Made by a program: the position numbers and the translations under genes. This document shows positions 32,550-43,401 of a stretch of DNA of 64,000 nucleotides, one piece after another. Within the stretch, counting starts at the first letter, position 1, and every line of letters starts with the position of its first letter. The notes beneath the pieces are model-generated. The model ran no database searches. It was not told the DNA's origin and was given only the letters and a program-made list of their open reading frames with translations. Source of the stretch: Hydrurus foetidus (lineage: Eukaryota); the NCBI GenBank assembly GCA_900617105.1, contig UYFQ01000506.1:248001-312000 (forward strand). The letters run 5' to 3'.

Positions 32550-33021
32550 GACGGGGCTCCCTGAACGCTGAAGGGCCGCTGCGCCAACGCAATAGACGCA
32601 GGAACGCGACCCGAAGCCAACCATAGCCGCATTTGCCGGCCAGGCCACATGCCTGGACCTGGCCATGGCCCGCGCACCCAAACAGTCGTAGCCGATCGGG
32701 CGATCATGTGAGCACGCGGCAACCTACGCGCTTGCCAACTTCTTCTCGGGCACCGGAAACTTGAGAGCACGGTTCGATGCCTCCGCATTGAAGTCGACGA
32801 CGACCTTGAGATGTCAGAGCAGATCGATCTCTAGGCCGCTTTGGAGGATCCTCAGTAGCGTCGAGATACGAAGCGATTTGCGGCGCGCCCGATTTGCGAA
32901 TGTCGTGTTTCAGGCAGTGCGACAACGGCAGCTATTGGCGCAAGTGCGACCCTTCGGGGGAAATTGAGCGCTCGCCGCACCCGCGCGGCGGTTAGTGTAG
33001 ATGAAGACAAATGCACTATCG

Positions 33022-34425
33022 CTAGCCGGTACGGGTCGAACCTCCACTTCTTGGGGATCTGAGCAGGCTCACTAAGCCCGAGGCGAGGGCTAGAACGGCC
33101 CCGATCCCGAGCCCGATCCTCGGCGCCGTGGACGAGGGGGCAATGGCGAAGAGTAGGGTCATGAGCACGGCCCCGGCAGTCTGGCCGCTCAGACGGGCAG
33201 TGCCCTGCATTCCGCCCGCAGCGCCACTCCGTTCCGGCGGCGCAGCCAGGAACATGTTGCGGTTGTTGGGGACCTGGAAGAGCCCGAAGCCGACGCCGCA
33301 GACTGCCGACAGGCCGATCAGCGGATAGGGGCTGCCGTGCAGAGGCCACAAGGCCATAGCGGCCAAGCCCATGGCGAGGAGCCCGCCGCCAACGCTGCAA
33401 AGCAAGGCCGTGGATACGCGATCGGAAAGACGGCCCGAAATCGCGGCGGTGACAGCCACGCTCAGCGGCCATGGGGACATGTAGAGCCCGACCATAAGTG
33501 GCGACTGATGCAGGCCGTGCTGCAGGTAGAAGGGCAGGGCGACCAGGGCCGCAGCGGTCGCCGTGAAGCAGCACATCGAGGCGATGACCGAGAGCCGAAA
33601 AGAACGACTGCCCAGCAGATCCAGCGGTACGAGGGGCGAGGCTTTCGAGGCCTCTCGGCGCACGAGGGCGGTGAGGGCGAACGCTGCCGCGCCCATGAGC
33701 AGGACCGCCAACTCCGGTGACTTCGGCAAGAGCTCCGCGCCGAGGACCAAAAGCCCGAACGTGGCCCCATTCAACGCCATGCTGGGCAGGTCCAGGCGGG
33801 TCGCCATCCCTGGGAGTCCTGGCAGGGCAAGGGAGGCCAGCAACGCCATCCCGCCGATCGGAAGGTTGACCAGGAAAAGCCACGGCCAATCGCAATGCCC
33901 GATGATCAGGGCGCCAAGTGTCGGCGCCGCCGCTGACGAGAGCGCGACGGTGAGGGCGTTCCAGCCGATCGCAGCGCCCAACGCGCTGGGCGCAACCGAA
34001 AACCGGAGAAGCGCCACGCCCAGCGCCATGACGGCCGCGCCCCCGAGCCCCTGGAGAAAGCGTGCGGCGACGAGCCACGGCAGTGAGGGGGAGATGGCGC
34101 ATAGAACGGAGCTGGCGACAAAAATCACGACGCCGACCTGAAACACCCGGCGATTGCCGAACCGTTCGCCGAGCGCTGCGCAAGGCAGCAGCGCCATGAC
34201 CAGGGCGGTCTGGTAGGCGGTGATGACCAACACCACATGCGCCGGCGTCGTCGCCAGGGCGCGCATCATCGATGGCAGGGCGACGTTGGCCATGCCCGCA
34301 TCCAGGACGACCAAGCTCATGGCCGCCAGGACGGCGGTGATCGCCCAGGCGCGTTGCGGTTGGGATAGACCCGCCGAAGGCGCGTGCCGCGCCACCGCTG
34401 TCTCGGCGCCGGGAGCGGCGGTCAT
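33022..34425 (-). CDS. MFS efflux transporter (DHA2-like)
   Basis: LDAGMANVALP, GERFGNRRVF, ARFLQGLGGA, WLFLVNLPIG; many TM helices. Confidence 0.92.
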   Translation of the reverse strand: MTAAPGAETAVARHAPSAGLSQPQRAWAITAVLAAMSLVVLDAGMANVALPSMMRALATTPAHVVLVITAYQTALVMALLPCAALGERFGNRRVFQVGVVIFVASSVLCAISPSLPWLVAARFLQGLGGAAVMALGVALLRFSVAPSALGAAIGWNALTVALSSAAAPTLGALIIGHCDWPWLFLVNLPIGGMALLASLALPGLPGMATRLDLPSMALNGATFGLLVLGAELLPKSPELAVLLMGAAAFALTALVRREASKASPLVPLDLLGSRSFRLSVIASMCCFTATAAALVALPFYLQHGLHQSPLMVGLYMSPWPLSVAVTAAISGRLSDRVSTALLCSVGGGLLAMGLAAMALWPLHGSPYPLIGLSAVCGVGFGLFQVPNNRNMFLAAPPERSGAAGGMQGTARLSGQTAGAVLMTLLFAIAPSSTAPRIGLGIGAVLALASGLVSLLRSPRSGGSTRTG

Positions 34426-34967
34426 TCCGACCCCACGGTCCAGACGCCGTTGCGCTGATGATAGCGCGTGACCCGGTGCTCTTGCCGGTCCTCGACCCGC
34501 AAATCCCGCTCGGTGAACCGAAACAGCAGGGCGGTGTCGCTCATGCAGCGCGTGTCGTGAATGTCGCCGGGCAGGTAGACCTGCACCTGGCCTGTGCGGA
34601 CCAGGGTGCTGTTGCGCTTCACCAGCCTGACCGCGCCATCCGGGTCCTCGATCCGGGCATAGGCGCCCATCTCGATCTCCCCGTCCTGGATGGCATAGAT
34701 CACCCAACCCCGGCCGTGGTCGTGGGGCGGCCGGTACAGGCCGGCATTTTCCGTGTGGGCGAGCAGGACGAAGCCGTGGTCGGGGTCGCGGTAAAGTTCC
34801 TCGTTGACGGGCCTGTCCCTGTGGAGGGCGGCCAGCCAGGGTTCTGCCGCAGGTGTTTGGACGAGGCGCTCCAGCACGCTTTGGCATTCAGCAACAAGTT
34901 CGCTGGAGAGCGGCCGCCAGGCCGCGTTCAGGCTTCTCATGCAAGTCTGAAGTGAGTTGCTCGGCAT
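34422..34967 (-). CDS. Cupin, cysteine-dioxygenase-like protein
   Basis: PPHDHGRGWVIY..EIEM..PGDIH three-His pattern; stop overlaps MFS start. Confidence 0.7.
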   Translation of the reverse strand: MPSNSLQTCMRSLNAAWRPLSSELVAECQSVLERLVQTPAAEPWLAALHRDRPVNEELYRDPDHGFVLLAHTENAGLYRPPHDHGRGWVIYAIQDGEIEMGAYARIEDPDGAVRLVKRNSTLVRTGQVQVYLPGDIHDTRCMSDTALLFRFTERDLRVEDRQEHRVTRYHQRNGVWTVGSE

Positions 34968-35098
34968 TGGCTTGCCCCTTGCTGGGTGATGGTCCCGAAG
35001 GGTAGCGGCCAGCCACAAGCGGCGGAACGCGCAGCATTTGCATTCAAATGATGCGTCAGGCGCTCTCTATTCTCGCCTGGCTATGATAGGCTCGGGGC

Positions 35099-35986
35099 GT
35101 GTCATCCCCCGATCTCAACCTGCTGATCACTCTGGACGCGCTGCTTGCCGAGGGCAGCGTCGTGGGCGCCGCAAAGCGGCTGAGGCTAAGCCCGTCCGCA
35201 ATGAGTCGGGCGCTAACCCGCCTTCGAGAGACGACGGGCGACCCACTCCTCGTCCGTGCGGGACGCGGCCTGGTGCCCACACCGCGTGCGCAGGCGCTTC
35301 GCGATCGCGTGCATCAGCTGGTCGAGGAGGTCGAAGCGGTTCTGCGTCCGGATGAATCCCTCGATCTGACGGCTCTCGTACGAACCTTCACGCTCCGGAC
35401 GAGCGATGGCTTTGTCGAAAACTTCGGGGCCGCGCTGATCGCCAAGGCGCGCGCTGAAGCTCCGGGCGTCCGCCTCAACTTCCTGCAGAAGCCGGACAAG
35501 GATAGTGCGCCTTTGCGGGATGGTCGGGTCGACCTTGAAACGGGTGTCGTGGAGGCGTCGCTCGGCCCCGAGGTGCGCACGCAGGCGCTGTTCCGGGACC
35601 GACTTGTCGGCGTCGTCCGCAAAGGCCACCCGATCGATCTGAAGGGCGTCACCCAGTCCTGGTATTCTGACGCCGAGCATGTGGTTGTCTCCCGAAGCGG
35701 GCTTGAGACAAGCGCGGTCGACCTGCCCTTTCTGCCTGCAAATTTGCAAAGGAAGGTCGGCAGCATTGTCAGCGGATTTTCGGCCGCCTTGGCCCTCGCC
35801 AGGGCCTCGGATCTCGTCGCTACAGTGCCCGAGAGGCACACCGCAAACCTACGCGATGGAATGGTCAGCTTGTCGCTGCCGATGCCCGCCACCGAGTTCA
35901 GTGTCTCGATGCTATGGCACCCACGAATGGACGCCGATCCGGCCCACAGATGGTTGCGAACCTGTGTCCGTGAGATCTGCGCCTAG
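35099..35986 (+). CDS. LysR-type transcriptional regulator
   Basis: DLNLLITLDALLAEGSV..AMSRALTRLR, WHPRMDADPAHRWLR. Confidence 0.95.
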   Translation: MSSPDLNLLITLDALLAEGSVVGAAKRLRLSPSAMSRALTRLRETTGDPLLVRAGRGLVPTPRAQALRDRVHQLVEEVEAVLRPDESLDLTALVRTFTLRTSDGFVENFGAALIAKARAEAPGVRLNFLQKPDKDSAPLRDGRVDLETGVVEASLGPEVRTQALFRDRLVGVVRKGHPIDLKGVTQSWYSDAEHVVVSRSGLETSAVDLPFLPANLQRKVGSIVSGFSAALALARASDLVATVPERHTANLRDGMVSLSLPMPATEFSVSMLWHPRMDADPAHRWLRTCVREICA

Positions 35987-36092
35987 TGATTGTCGGCGGG
36001 ATTGGGGAACTGGCTAAGCGCCCGTCGATCCCCGAGATCTACGGGAATAAAGGCGGCAAGAGCTCTATCGACCATGTGTGGTCCCGTTCACT

Positions 36093-37145
36093 CTAGCGGG
36101 CCGGCGCCTTGAGGTAGGCGGCAGCGAAGTTTGTGGCGATCGTGTCGGGGGCGGTGTTCGTCTGATTGGTGAGCACAGCCACTGTCAGATTGTCAGCCGG
36201 ATAATAGTCGAGCTCGCTGACGAAGCCGTTGATGCCACCCGAGTGAAAATACCGGGTGTGACCGAAGGTCTTGCCGATGAACTCGCCAAAGCCGTAGCCG
36301 CCGCCCCAGTCGGTGAACATGGCTGTCAGGGAGGCAGCCTTGATCAGCTTGCCGCTCTGCAAGGCCTCTTCCCATGTCGCGAGGTCGTCCACCGTCGAGT
36401 AGAGCGAACCGGCTGCGTAGGGCAGGCTCATGTCCAGGTAGTCGGTATTGTACGCCTTGCCCTTTCTGACGTCGTAGCCGCGCGCACGCATCGGCAGGAC
36501 CTCGCCGCTCACATCGTAGCCGGTGTTGGACAGGCCCAGCGGCGCAAGGATCTGGGTCCTCACATAGTCTGCATAGGCTTGGCCTGAGACCTTCTCGATC
36601 ACCATGCCGAGCAGGATGTAGCCCGTGTTGTCATAGGCAAATCTTGTGCCTGGCTCGAACTCCAGTCGTTTGTCGCGCGTAAGGGCGACGATCTGATCAG
36701 GCTTAAGGGCGACGTGAGACTGGGCGCCGAAAAAGCCCGGAATGGCCGTGTAGCTGGGGATGCCCGAGCGATGGGTAAGAAGGTGCTTGATCGTCACTTT
36801 CGACCAAGCGGTCGGCGCTTGCGGGTAGAACTTGGCGACCGGGTCGTCGATCGACAGCTTGCCCGCTTCCTGCAATTGCAGGATCGAGACTGCGGTGAAC
36901 TGCTTGGTCAACGAGCCAACGCGGAACTTTGTCGTCGGGGTGTTGGGGACGGACCATTCGCGGTCGGCAAGACCCCACGCCTCACGAAACAAGACCCTGC
37001 CGTCTTGAACAACCAGGATCACGCCGCTGAAGCGGCCCGCCTTCGCTTGCTGGTCGACCTCGGCGCGAGCCTGCGCCGCCTGGGCGAAGACGCACGGCGG
37101 CGCAGCAAACGCAGCGATTCCAATGACGGCCGCGATGAAGCGCAA
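36093..37145 (-). CDS. Secreted serine hydrolase (beta-lactamase family)
   Basis: GSLTKQF (SxxK), YDN, HSGGING; signal peptide. Confidence 0.92.
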   Translation of the reverse strand: MRFIAAVIGIAAFAAPPCVFAQAAQARAEVDQQAKAGRFSGVILVVQDGRVLFREAWGLADREWSVPNTPTTKFRVGSLTKQFTAVSILQLQEAGKLSIDDPVAKFYPQAPTAWSKVTIKHLLTHRSGIPSYTAIPGFFGAQSHVALKPDQIVALTRDKRLEFEPGTRFAYDNTGYILLGMVIEKVSGQAYADYVRTQILAPLGLSNTGYDVSGEVLPMRARGYDVRKGKAYNTDYLDMSLPYAAGSLYSTVDDLATWEEALQSGKLIKAASLTAMFTDWGGGYGFGEFIGKTFGHTRYFHSGGINGFVSELDYYPADNLTVAVLTNQTNTAPDTIATNFAAAYLKAPAR

Positions 37146-37222
37146 CGCTGAACCCTCCAGACAGGTCTTGGACAGGCTTCGAACCCCAAGTCCTGTTTGG
37201 GAGGGCGACCGCGACGGCATTG

Positions 37223-37600
37223 TCATTTCGGAGACAGGGTCCGGATTGCCAAGGCCCGACCTTTTCGGGGCGCTGAAACATGCAGGACTGCGGCGGCGAC
37301 CTTGAGCGCGGTGCTGGGCTCCTGGACGGGTTCAAGGATGACGGCGTCGGCGCCGAGCTTGGCCGCCTCCTTTCGCATGGACTCAAACATTGCTTTTTCG
37401 CTGGTCCACAGCGAGTCGCCGCTGGCGTGGAGAAGGGCCACCTCCGAATATGGGCGCAACACCTGATCGGCGGTGCGATAGAAGGTCACCGAAGCCGGGG
37501 CGACCGCCGACAGCGTCTGCGGCGCGCCGAGCAGGGTGGAGTTGGTCGATACGCATCCGGCCAGGGTGACGGCGACGGCGAGAACGATAGGAATTCGCAT
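37223..37600 (-). CDS. Small lipoprotein, hypothetical
   Basis: Lipobox LAGC; MRKEAAKLGADAVIL. Confidence 0.8.
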   Translation of the reverse strand: MRIPIVLAVAVTLAGCVSTNSTLLGAPQTLSAVAPASVTFYRTADQVLRPYSEVALLHASGDSLWTSEKAMFESMRKEAAKLGADAVILEPVQEPSTALKVAAAVLHVSAPRKGRALAIRTLSPK

Positions 37601-37627
37601 TTTGGGGAGGCCCTCCTGGGCCATGGT

Positions 37628-38290
37628 CTAGGTTTGATTTGAGACTGTGTTGAGCTTCGAGGCAGCCGGTCTTCGAGTGAGGATCCACTCGGCCAAGGCT
37701 AGGTTGATCACCCAGCCCGCGCCCATCGTCGCGGCCCTCGACATTTCGTGGGTCGGACCAATCAGCAAGAGCCACACGGCGGTCGTAAACACCTGCGTTC
37801 CAGCGCCCATGCCAATGGCGTAGCCACGTAGCATCCAGGCGCCGTGTTCGGCGAAGGCGCGCCGCCGGATCGCCACCAGCCCGCACAGCAGCGACACGGC
37901 CATGGCCGAGCCGAAGACGAGGCGCAGAACGAACAGCGCCGGGCCATCGTCGGCGCCCGGGGGGTAGTAGAGGGTCATCCACAGACCTGTGGAGGCCGCG
38001 ATGAGCCCGGCGGGAGCGAGCACGCGTCCTGCGGCTCGGTGCCAGTTCGGCCAGCGCCGCCGAAGGCTGGGGGTGAACATGAAGGCGCCAAGACACCCAA
38101 AGACGACGATGCTGAGGATGTGGAGCGTCAGGGGAACCGGCATGGACGCAAACCGGCCGCTGTCTGGGCGGATCACGCCGCCGGCAAGCCAGGTCAGGCG
38201 GGCGACGCCGACGATGATAGGAACGGCGGACAGCGCCAGCAGCAAGACAGGCAGGAGCCAGTTGACCTTGGGTGCGATAACTCGGGCCAT
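37628..38290 (-). CDS. DUF2306 membrane protein
   Basis: WHRAAGRV, AIRRRAFAEHGAWMLRGYAIGMGAGTQ. Confidence 0.85.
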   Translation of the reverse strand: MARVIAPKVNWLLPVLLLALSAVPIIVGVARLTWLAGGVIRPDSGRFASMPVPLTLHILSIVVFGCLGAFMFTPSLRRRWPNWHRAAGRVLAPAGLIAASTGLWMTLYYPPGADDGPALFVLRLVFGSAMAVSLLCGLVAIRRRAFAEHGAWMLRGYAIGMGAGTQVFTTAVWLLLIGPTHEMSRAATMGAGWVINLALAEWILTRRPAASKLNTVSNQT

Positions 38291-38291
38291 G

Positions 38292-38576
38292 TCAGAGCCC
38301 GTTCGCGGGCAAGGTGCTGAGCTTGACGATGACGCAGGCCTGGTGGCGTTGGGTTGCGCTGCCGCCGTGAATGTCGGAGACACTGTTACACGGCGTAGGC
38401 GCAACACTCCGGATTAGCGGTATGACTGTGTGGTCGCCTGGTTGCCGCGTCAGGTCTAGATCGGAGAACTCGACCGTGATCTGGGCAGACCTAGGGCCGG
38501 CATTGACCGTGGTCGCATTGGCGACGACAGCGAGTTCTAGGCAGAACAAAACCCCGACGATGATGAGCGTCTTCAT
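38292..38576 (-). CDS. UrcA-like secreted protein, possibly internally truncated
   Basis: Signal peptide, ITVEFSDLDLT..G, two Cys. Confidence 0.5.
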   Translation of the reverse strand: MKTLIIVGVLFCLELAVVANATTVNAGPRSAQITVEFSDLDLTRQPGDHTVIPLIRSVAPTPCNSVSDIHGGSATQRHQACVIVKLSTLPANGL

Positions 38577-38684
38577 GAGGGCGCCTCCCGGGGCCGTCGC
38601 CGGATGTGACGATGAACTGGAAGAACACTGGGTCGCCCCGGATCAGACAGGACTCCAGTCTGACTTTTGCCTGACCAAAGTCCT

Positions 38685-40242
38685 ATGAACTCGCCATTCT
38701 CCACCACAAACGGGGTTCAACCCGTCGATCTGACCCTGGAGCCGACCTTTGGGTTGGGTCGAACCGAGGTGCGGCCGGCGACCCTGGAACTGGTTCGCGA
38801 CGGCTGCGCCGCGACGGTGGAGCCAAAGGTGATGCAGGCCCTGGTGGGCCTTGCGCGACGCCTTGGCGAGGTGACCGCTCGTGACGTCCTGGCGCTGGCC
38901 TGCTGGCCAGGACGTTATGTTAGCGAAGACTCGATCCATCGCACGATCTTCAAGCTCCGGAAGGCGGGGGAAGTCCTGGCCGGCGGCGATTTCGTGGTCG
39001 AGAACGTTCGAGGCGTCGGCTACCGGCTGACGGCGGCCGTCGCCGATGCGGCCCTGGTGGGCGCGCGCCCGATCCCGATCAAGCCCTCGATCGCCGTTCT
39101 GCCATTCTCGGCGAGCGCGGAAAGCGCCGATCAGCAATATTTCGCCGAGGGCATGGTGGAGGAGATTGCGGCCGCCTTGTCGCGCTTCAAGTCCCTGATA
39201 GTCGTCGCAGGCGGCTCGGGCCTGGCGCTCAAGGACCGGGGGCTGGATTCGATCGCCGCCGGCCGCCTGCTGGGAGTCCGCTATCTACTCGAGGGCAGTT
39301 TGCGGCGCAGTGGCCAACAGCTTCGTATCTCGGTGCGCCTCATTGACGCCGCGACCGGCGAACAGGTCTGGAGCGAACGGTTCGACGACCAGGCCACCGA
39401 GATTTTCGCCCTTCAGGATCGGGTCGCCCTATGCGTAGCCGGGGTGATCGAGCCGACGATTCAGGCCGAAGAAATCCGCCAGGCCGTTGCTCGCCGCCCG
39501 GCGGACATGGCAGCCCATGACTACTACCTGCAGGCTTGGCCGATGCATCGCATCTACACCAAGGTCGCGACCTTGCGATCGCTCGAGCTCGCCACGCAGG
39601 CCGTGGCTTTGGACCCCGATTATGCCTCGGCGCTAGCTTTGGCTGCGGTTGGCCATACCCTGGTTGATCTCTACGGCTGGACAGACGATCTCCAGTCCAA
39701 CCTCGCCCAAGGCGTTCGTATGGCTCGCCGCGCCGCCATCGCTAGCTACGATGATGCGCAGGCTCTGGCCTTGGCGGCTTTCGCCGTCGCACAGTTGGAG
39801 CGCGACGAGGAGGCCGCGCGCGCCTTACTGGACCGCGCCGTCGCGCTGAACCCCGGATGCGCTTCGGTTTGGTACATGAACGGTCTGGTGCGGGTGAGGA
39901 TCGGAGAGAACGAACTCGCCATCGAGCACCTGCAGACCGCAATGCGCCTAGACCCTATCGGTCCCGATCGATCCAATCAGATCGGCTTCATGTCCTGGGC
40001 GCGGTTCCAGCAGCGACGGTTTGCCGAAGCGATCGCCCTAGGGAAGGAATTCGTCAGGTTGAAGGATCATCCGCGGGGCTACGCGTTCCTGGCAGCTAGT
40101 TATGGCCATACCGGCGACAAAGCCGCCCAGCGCAGCGCTTGAGCGGTACAATGAACTGGCTGATCGCTCGATCGAGTCCTTCGCCGAGACATTCATACTC
40201 GATCCGGACAACCGCGCACTATTCCTTGAAGGCGTCCGATAG
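38685..40242 (+). CDS. wHTH (CadC/OmpR-like) + TolB-N-like + TPR transcriptional regulator; frameshift near 40135
   Basis: VEPKVMQALV..ENVRGVGYRL; KPSIAVLPF..YFAEGMVEEI; TPR-like helices. Confidence 0.88.
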
Positions 40243-40277
40243 TGGAGCCAAGCCGCCAAAGCCTTCAGATTGTCGGC

Positions 40278-40895
40278 ATGTCCGATCCGCTGCCTCCCGC
40301 CGCGCGTGCGTCCCCCTCCACGGCCCGAAACCGCGATGCCATTCTGGAAGTCCTGCGGACGCGCCTGCCAGCGAGCGGTCTGGTGCTGGAGGTTGCGGCG
40401 GGCGCTGGAGAGCACGCAGTTCACTTCGCTGCAGCGCTGCCAGCGCTGCAATACCAGCCGACCGATGCTGATCCCGGCGCTCTGGATAGCATCGCCGCCT
40501 GGCGCGAGCATGCCGGCTTAGGCAACCTTCTGTGTCCGCTGGTGCTGGATGCGTCGCAACCGGACACCTGGCCCGTCGAACGAGTTGACGCCGTCCTCGC
40601 CATCAACATGATCCATATCTCGCCGTGGACGGCCACAGTCGGCCTGATGGCGGGCGCTGCGCGTGTGCTGCCTGCGGGCGGCGGCCTGTTCCTGTATGGC
40701 CCCTTCGTCGAGGGCGACACGCCGACAGCGCCCAGCAACCTCGAGTTCGATCAGAGCCTGAGACGACGCAATCTCGAGTGGGGAGTTCGCCACCTGGACC
40801 ATCTGGTCGCCTTGGCGGCTACCCATGGCCTGGGCCTTTCCGAACGTCTCACCATGCCCGCGAACAACCTGGTGCTCGTGTTCCGAAAGACGTAG
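40278..40895 (+). CDS. DUF938 SAM-dependent methyltransferase
   Basis: RNRDAILEVL, VLEVAAGAGEH, INMIHISPW, MPANN. Confidence 0.92.
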   Translation: MSDPLPPAARASPSTARNRDAILEVLRTRLPASGLVLEVAAGAGEHAVHFAAALPALQYQPTDADPGALDSIAAWREHAGLGNLLCPLVLDASQPDTWPVERVDAVLAINMIHISPWTATVGLMAGAARVLPAGGGLFLYGPFVEGDTPTAPSNLEFDQSLRRRNLEWGVRHLDHLVALAATHGLGLSERLTMPANNLVLVFRKT

Positions 40896-40972
40896 CCGTC
40901 AGGCACGCTCGGCCAAGGTCCGTTTCTCGGAGGCGAGCGAAAGTCCGTTCCTGGCGCGAAGCCGCAAGCCTT

Positions 40973-41049
40973 TGGCGGCCCGGAAGGGACTCGAACCCCT
41001 GACCTTCGCTTTAGGAAAGCGCTGCTCTATCCTGCTGAGCTACCGGGCC
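40973..41049 (-). tRNA. tRNA-Arg (CCT)
   Basis: GGCCCGGTAGCTCAGCAGGATAGAGCAGCGCTTTCCTAAAGCGAAGGTCAGGGGTTCGAGTCCCTTCCGGGCCGCCA; 77 nt, encoded CCA. Confidence 0.97.
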
Positions 41050-41123
41050 GCGCGCGCAGTGCGGGCGCAGGGTCAATAGCGCAGGATGGCGGGCTTGCGA
41101 ACCCCGTCTGAGAAGGGGACTCA

Positions 41124-42428
41124 ATGGGGCTGCTGGCTCGTCTGAAGTCATTGTACGTGCAGGTGCTGATCGCCATCGCCCTGGGCATACTGGTCGGAGC
41201 GCTGTGGCCGACGATCGGGGTGGCGATGAAGCCGCTGGGCGACGGATTCATCAAGCTGATCAAGCTGGTGATCGCGCCGGTGATCTTCTGCACCGTGGCC
41301 GGCGGCATCGCCCGGATGGGCGATATCAAGGCCTTCGGGCGGGTCGGGGTGAAGGCCCTGATCTATTTCGAGGTGGTCTCGACCGTCGCCCTGGTGATCG
41401 GCCTGATCGTCGGCCGCGTCGTGCAGCCGGGAGCGGGTTTCAACATCGACCCGGCCTCGCTGGATCCGGCCATCGCCGCCGGCTACCTGGCCAAGGCCCA
41501 CGAGGGCGAGGGCCTGGTCGCCTATCTGCTGCATCTGATCCCGGACACGTTCTTCAGCGCCTTCGCCGAGGGCAATCTGCTGCAGGTGCTGGTGATCTCG
41601 GTGCTGACCGGCTTTGCCTGCACGCGCCTTGGCCCGTTCGGCGACAGGGTGGCCGATGGTCTGGAAGACCTGGCCAAGCTGTTCTTCGGCATCATCCACG
41701 TGGTGGTGCGGTTCGCACCGCTGGGCGCCTTCGGGGCCATGGGCTTCACGATCGGCAAGTACGGACTGGAATCCCTGGTCCAGCTGGGCGCCCTGGTGGC
41801 GACCTTCTATCTGACCGCCCTGATCTTCGTGCTGGTGGTGCTGGGCGGCATCGCGGCGGCGGCCGGGTTCTCGATCCTGAAGTTCATGGCCTATATCCGC
41901 GAGGAACTGCTGATCGTGCTGGGCACCAGTTCCTCCGAATCGGTCCTGCCCCAGATGATGGAAAAGCTGGAGCGTCTGGGCGCGCGCAAGTCGGTGGTCG
42001 GGCTGGTGATCCCTACGGGCTACAGCTTCAATCTGGACGGCACCAATATCTACATGACCCTGGCCACCCTGTTCCTGGCCCAGGCGACTAACACCCACCT
42101 GACTCTGTGGCAGGAGCTGAGCCTGCTGGGTGTGGCCATGCTGACCTCCAAGGGGGCCAGTGGCGTCACGGGGGCGGGGTTCATCACCCTGGCGGCGACC
42201 CTGGCCGTCGTGCCCGACATCCCGATCGCCGCCCTGGCGGTGCTGGTCGGCGTGGACCGGTTCATGAGCGAGTGCCGGGCCCTGACCAATCTGGTCGGCA
42301 ACGGCGTGGCCACCCTGGTGGTGGCCCGCTGGGACGGTGCCCTGGATCGTGAGCAGTTGGCGCGCGAACTGCGGCAGGGCCCCACCGCGACGGCGGCGCT
42401 GGCTGAGGTCAAGGGCGACGCAGACTGA
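41124..42428 (+). CDS. dctA: C4-dicarboxylate:cation symporter
   Basis: [42 protein letters not shown]. Confidence 0.95.
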   Translation: MGLLARLKSLYVQVLIAIALGILVGALWPTIGVAMKPLGDGFIKLIKLVIAPVIFCTVAGGIARMGDIKAFGRVGVKALIYFEVVSTVALVIGLIVGRVVQPGAGFNIDPASLDPAIAAGYLAKAHEGEGLVAYLLHLIPDTFFSAFAEGNLLQVLVISVLTGFACTRLGPFGDRVADGLEDLAKLFFGIIHVVVRFAPLGAFGAMGFTIGKYGLESLVQLGALVATFYLTALIFVLVVLGGIAAAAGFSILKFMAYIREELLIVLGTSSSESVLPQMMEKLERLGARKSVVGLVIPTGYSFNLDGTNIYMTLATLFLAQATNTHLTLWQELSLLGVAMLTSKGASGVTGAGFITLAATLAVVPDIPIAALAVLVGVDRFMSECRALTNLVGNGVATLVVARWDGALDREQLARELRQGPTATAALAEVKGDAD

Positions 42429-42534
42429 GGGGCGGACAGGGGGCGTTCAGTCTGCAGCCGAAAATGGTCAAGGCTTGACCCTTCGTCTTGCCCTGTCGCC
42501 CGGCCTGGCCGGCCGCCTCCAGCCCCGCGCGCCC

Positions 42535-42570
42535 AAAGAAAAACGCCCTCCGCCGTGAGGCGAAGGGCGT
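42535..42570 (-). terminator. Intrinsic terminator after cdnL
   Basis: Minus strand ACGCCCTTCGCC-TCAC-GGCGGAGGGCGT followed by TTTTCTTT. Confidence 0.75.
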
Positions 42571-42597
42571 CAAATCTTCAAACGCCGAAGCGTGTGA

Positions 42598-43110
42598 TCA
42601 GGCGGCGACCGAGGCCTTGACCAGCGACTTGGTCAGGATGCCGATCGCGGCGTCGCGGTCGATGCGCTCAATGGCGGCCACTTCGCGGGCCATGCGGTCC
42701 AGGGCCGACTCATACAGCTGGCGTTCCGAATAGGACTGTTCCGGCTGGTTCTCGGCGCGGTGCAGATCGCGGACGACCTCGGCGATCGAGATCAGGTCGC
42801 CTGAATTGATCTTGGCTTCGTATTCCTGGGCGCGGCGCGACCACATGGTGCGCTTGACGCGGGCGCGGCCCTTGAGGGTCGTAAGCGCCTGCGACACCAC
42901 ATTGCCCTCGGCCAGGGGGCGCAGACCGGCGGTCTTGGCCTTCTTGGTCGGGACGCGGAGGGTCATTTTCTCGTGGTCGAAGGTGATGATGTAAACTTCG
43001 AGCGACATCCCGGCCACTTCCTGGGTCTCAACACCCTGGATGCTGCCCACGCCATGCGCGGGATAGACGACGTGATCGCCAACCGAGAATTCCAGACCGC
43101 TCTTGCTCAT
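42598..43110 (-). CDS. cdnL: CarD/CdnL family RNA polymerase-binding regulator
   Basis: GDHVVYPAHGVG, MWSRRAQEYEAKINSG, SYSERQLYE. Confidence 0.95.
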   Translation of the reverse strand: MSKSGLEFSVGDHVVYPAHGVGSIQGVETQEVAGMSLEVYIITFDHEKMTLRVPTKKAKTAGLRPLAEGNVVSQALTTLKGRARVKRTMWSRRAQEYEAKINSGDLISIAEVVRDLHRAENQPEQSYSERQLYESALDRMAREVAAIERIDRDAAIGILTKSLVKASVAA

Positions 43111-43401
43111 GTTCGTCCTCATCAATGCGAGCCCAGGGGGCCCGGAACACCGTCATTCCAGATCGGTCCATTAGAGACAGCCCAGCGACCGCGAACTGGG
43201 CGCGGGAGCCAAGCCAGGACAGGATTTGGAATTAACCTCTAAGACACCCTTCGCCTTCGATCGGGCGCGCCGGTTGAACGGCTCTTCGACAAAAAACGGA
43301 CAGCCGCGAATTGCCGCAACCGTCGCGTTGAGGCCTACGATATCATAAAATTCAGCCTCATGAAAGGCTTGCGCCGGTTCCGGACCCGTAAGGGGGGCGG
43401 A

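Noticed and set aside
32560..33010. ORF or ECF16 promoter upstream of the Rieske operon
   Set aside because: Only a weak CTAACC-N15-CGAG far from the start; short ORFs lack motifs
33022..34887. 621-aa extended MFS ORF
   Set aside because: Upstream part is an off-frame read of the cupin gene; real start at 34425 overlaps the cupin stop
40896..40972. att site or integrase remnant next to the tRNA
   Set aside because: No second copy of the tRNA 3' end or recombinase motif seen in the window
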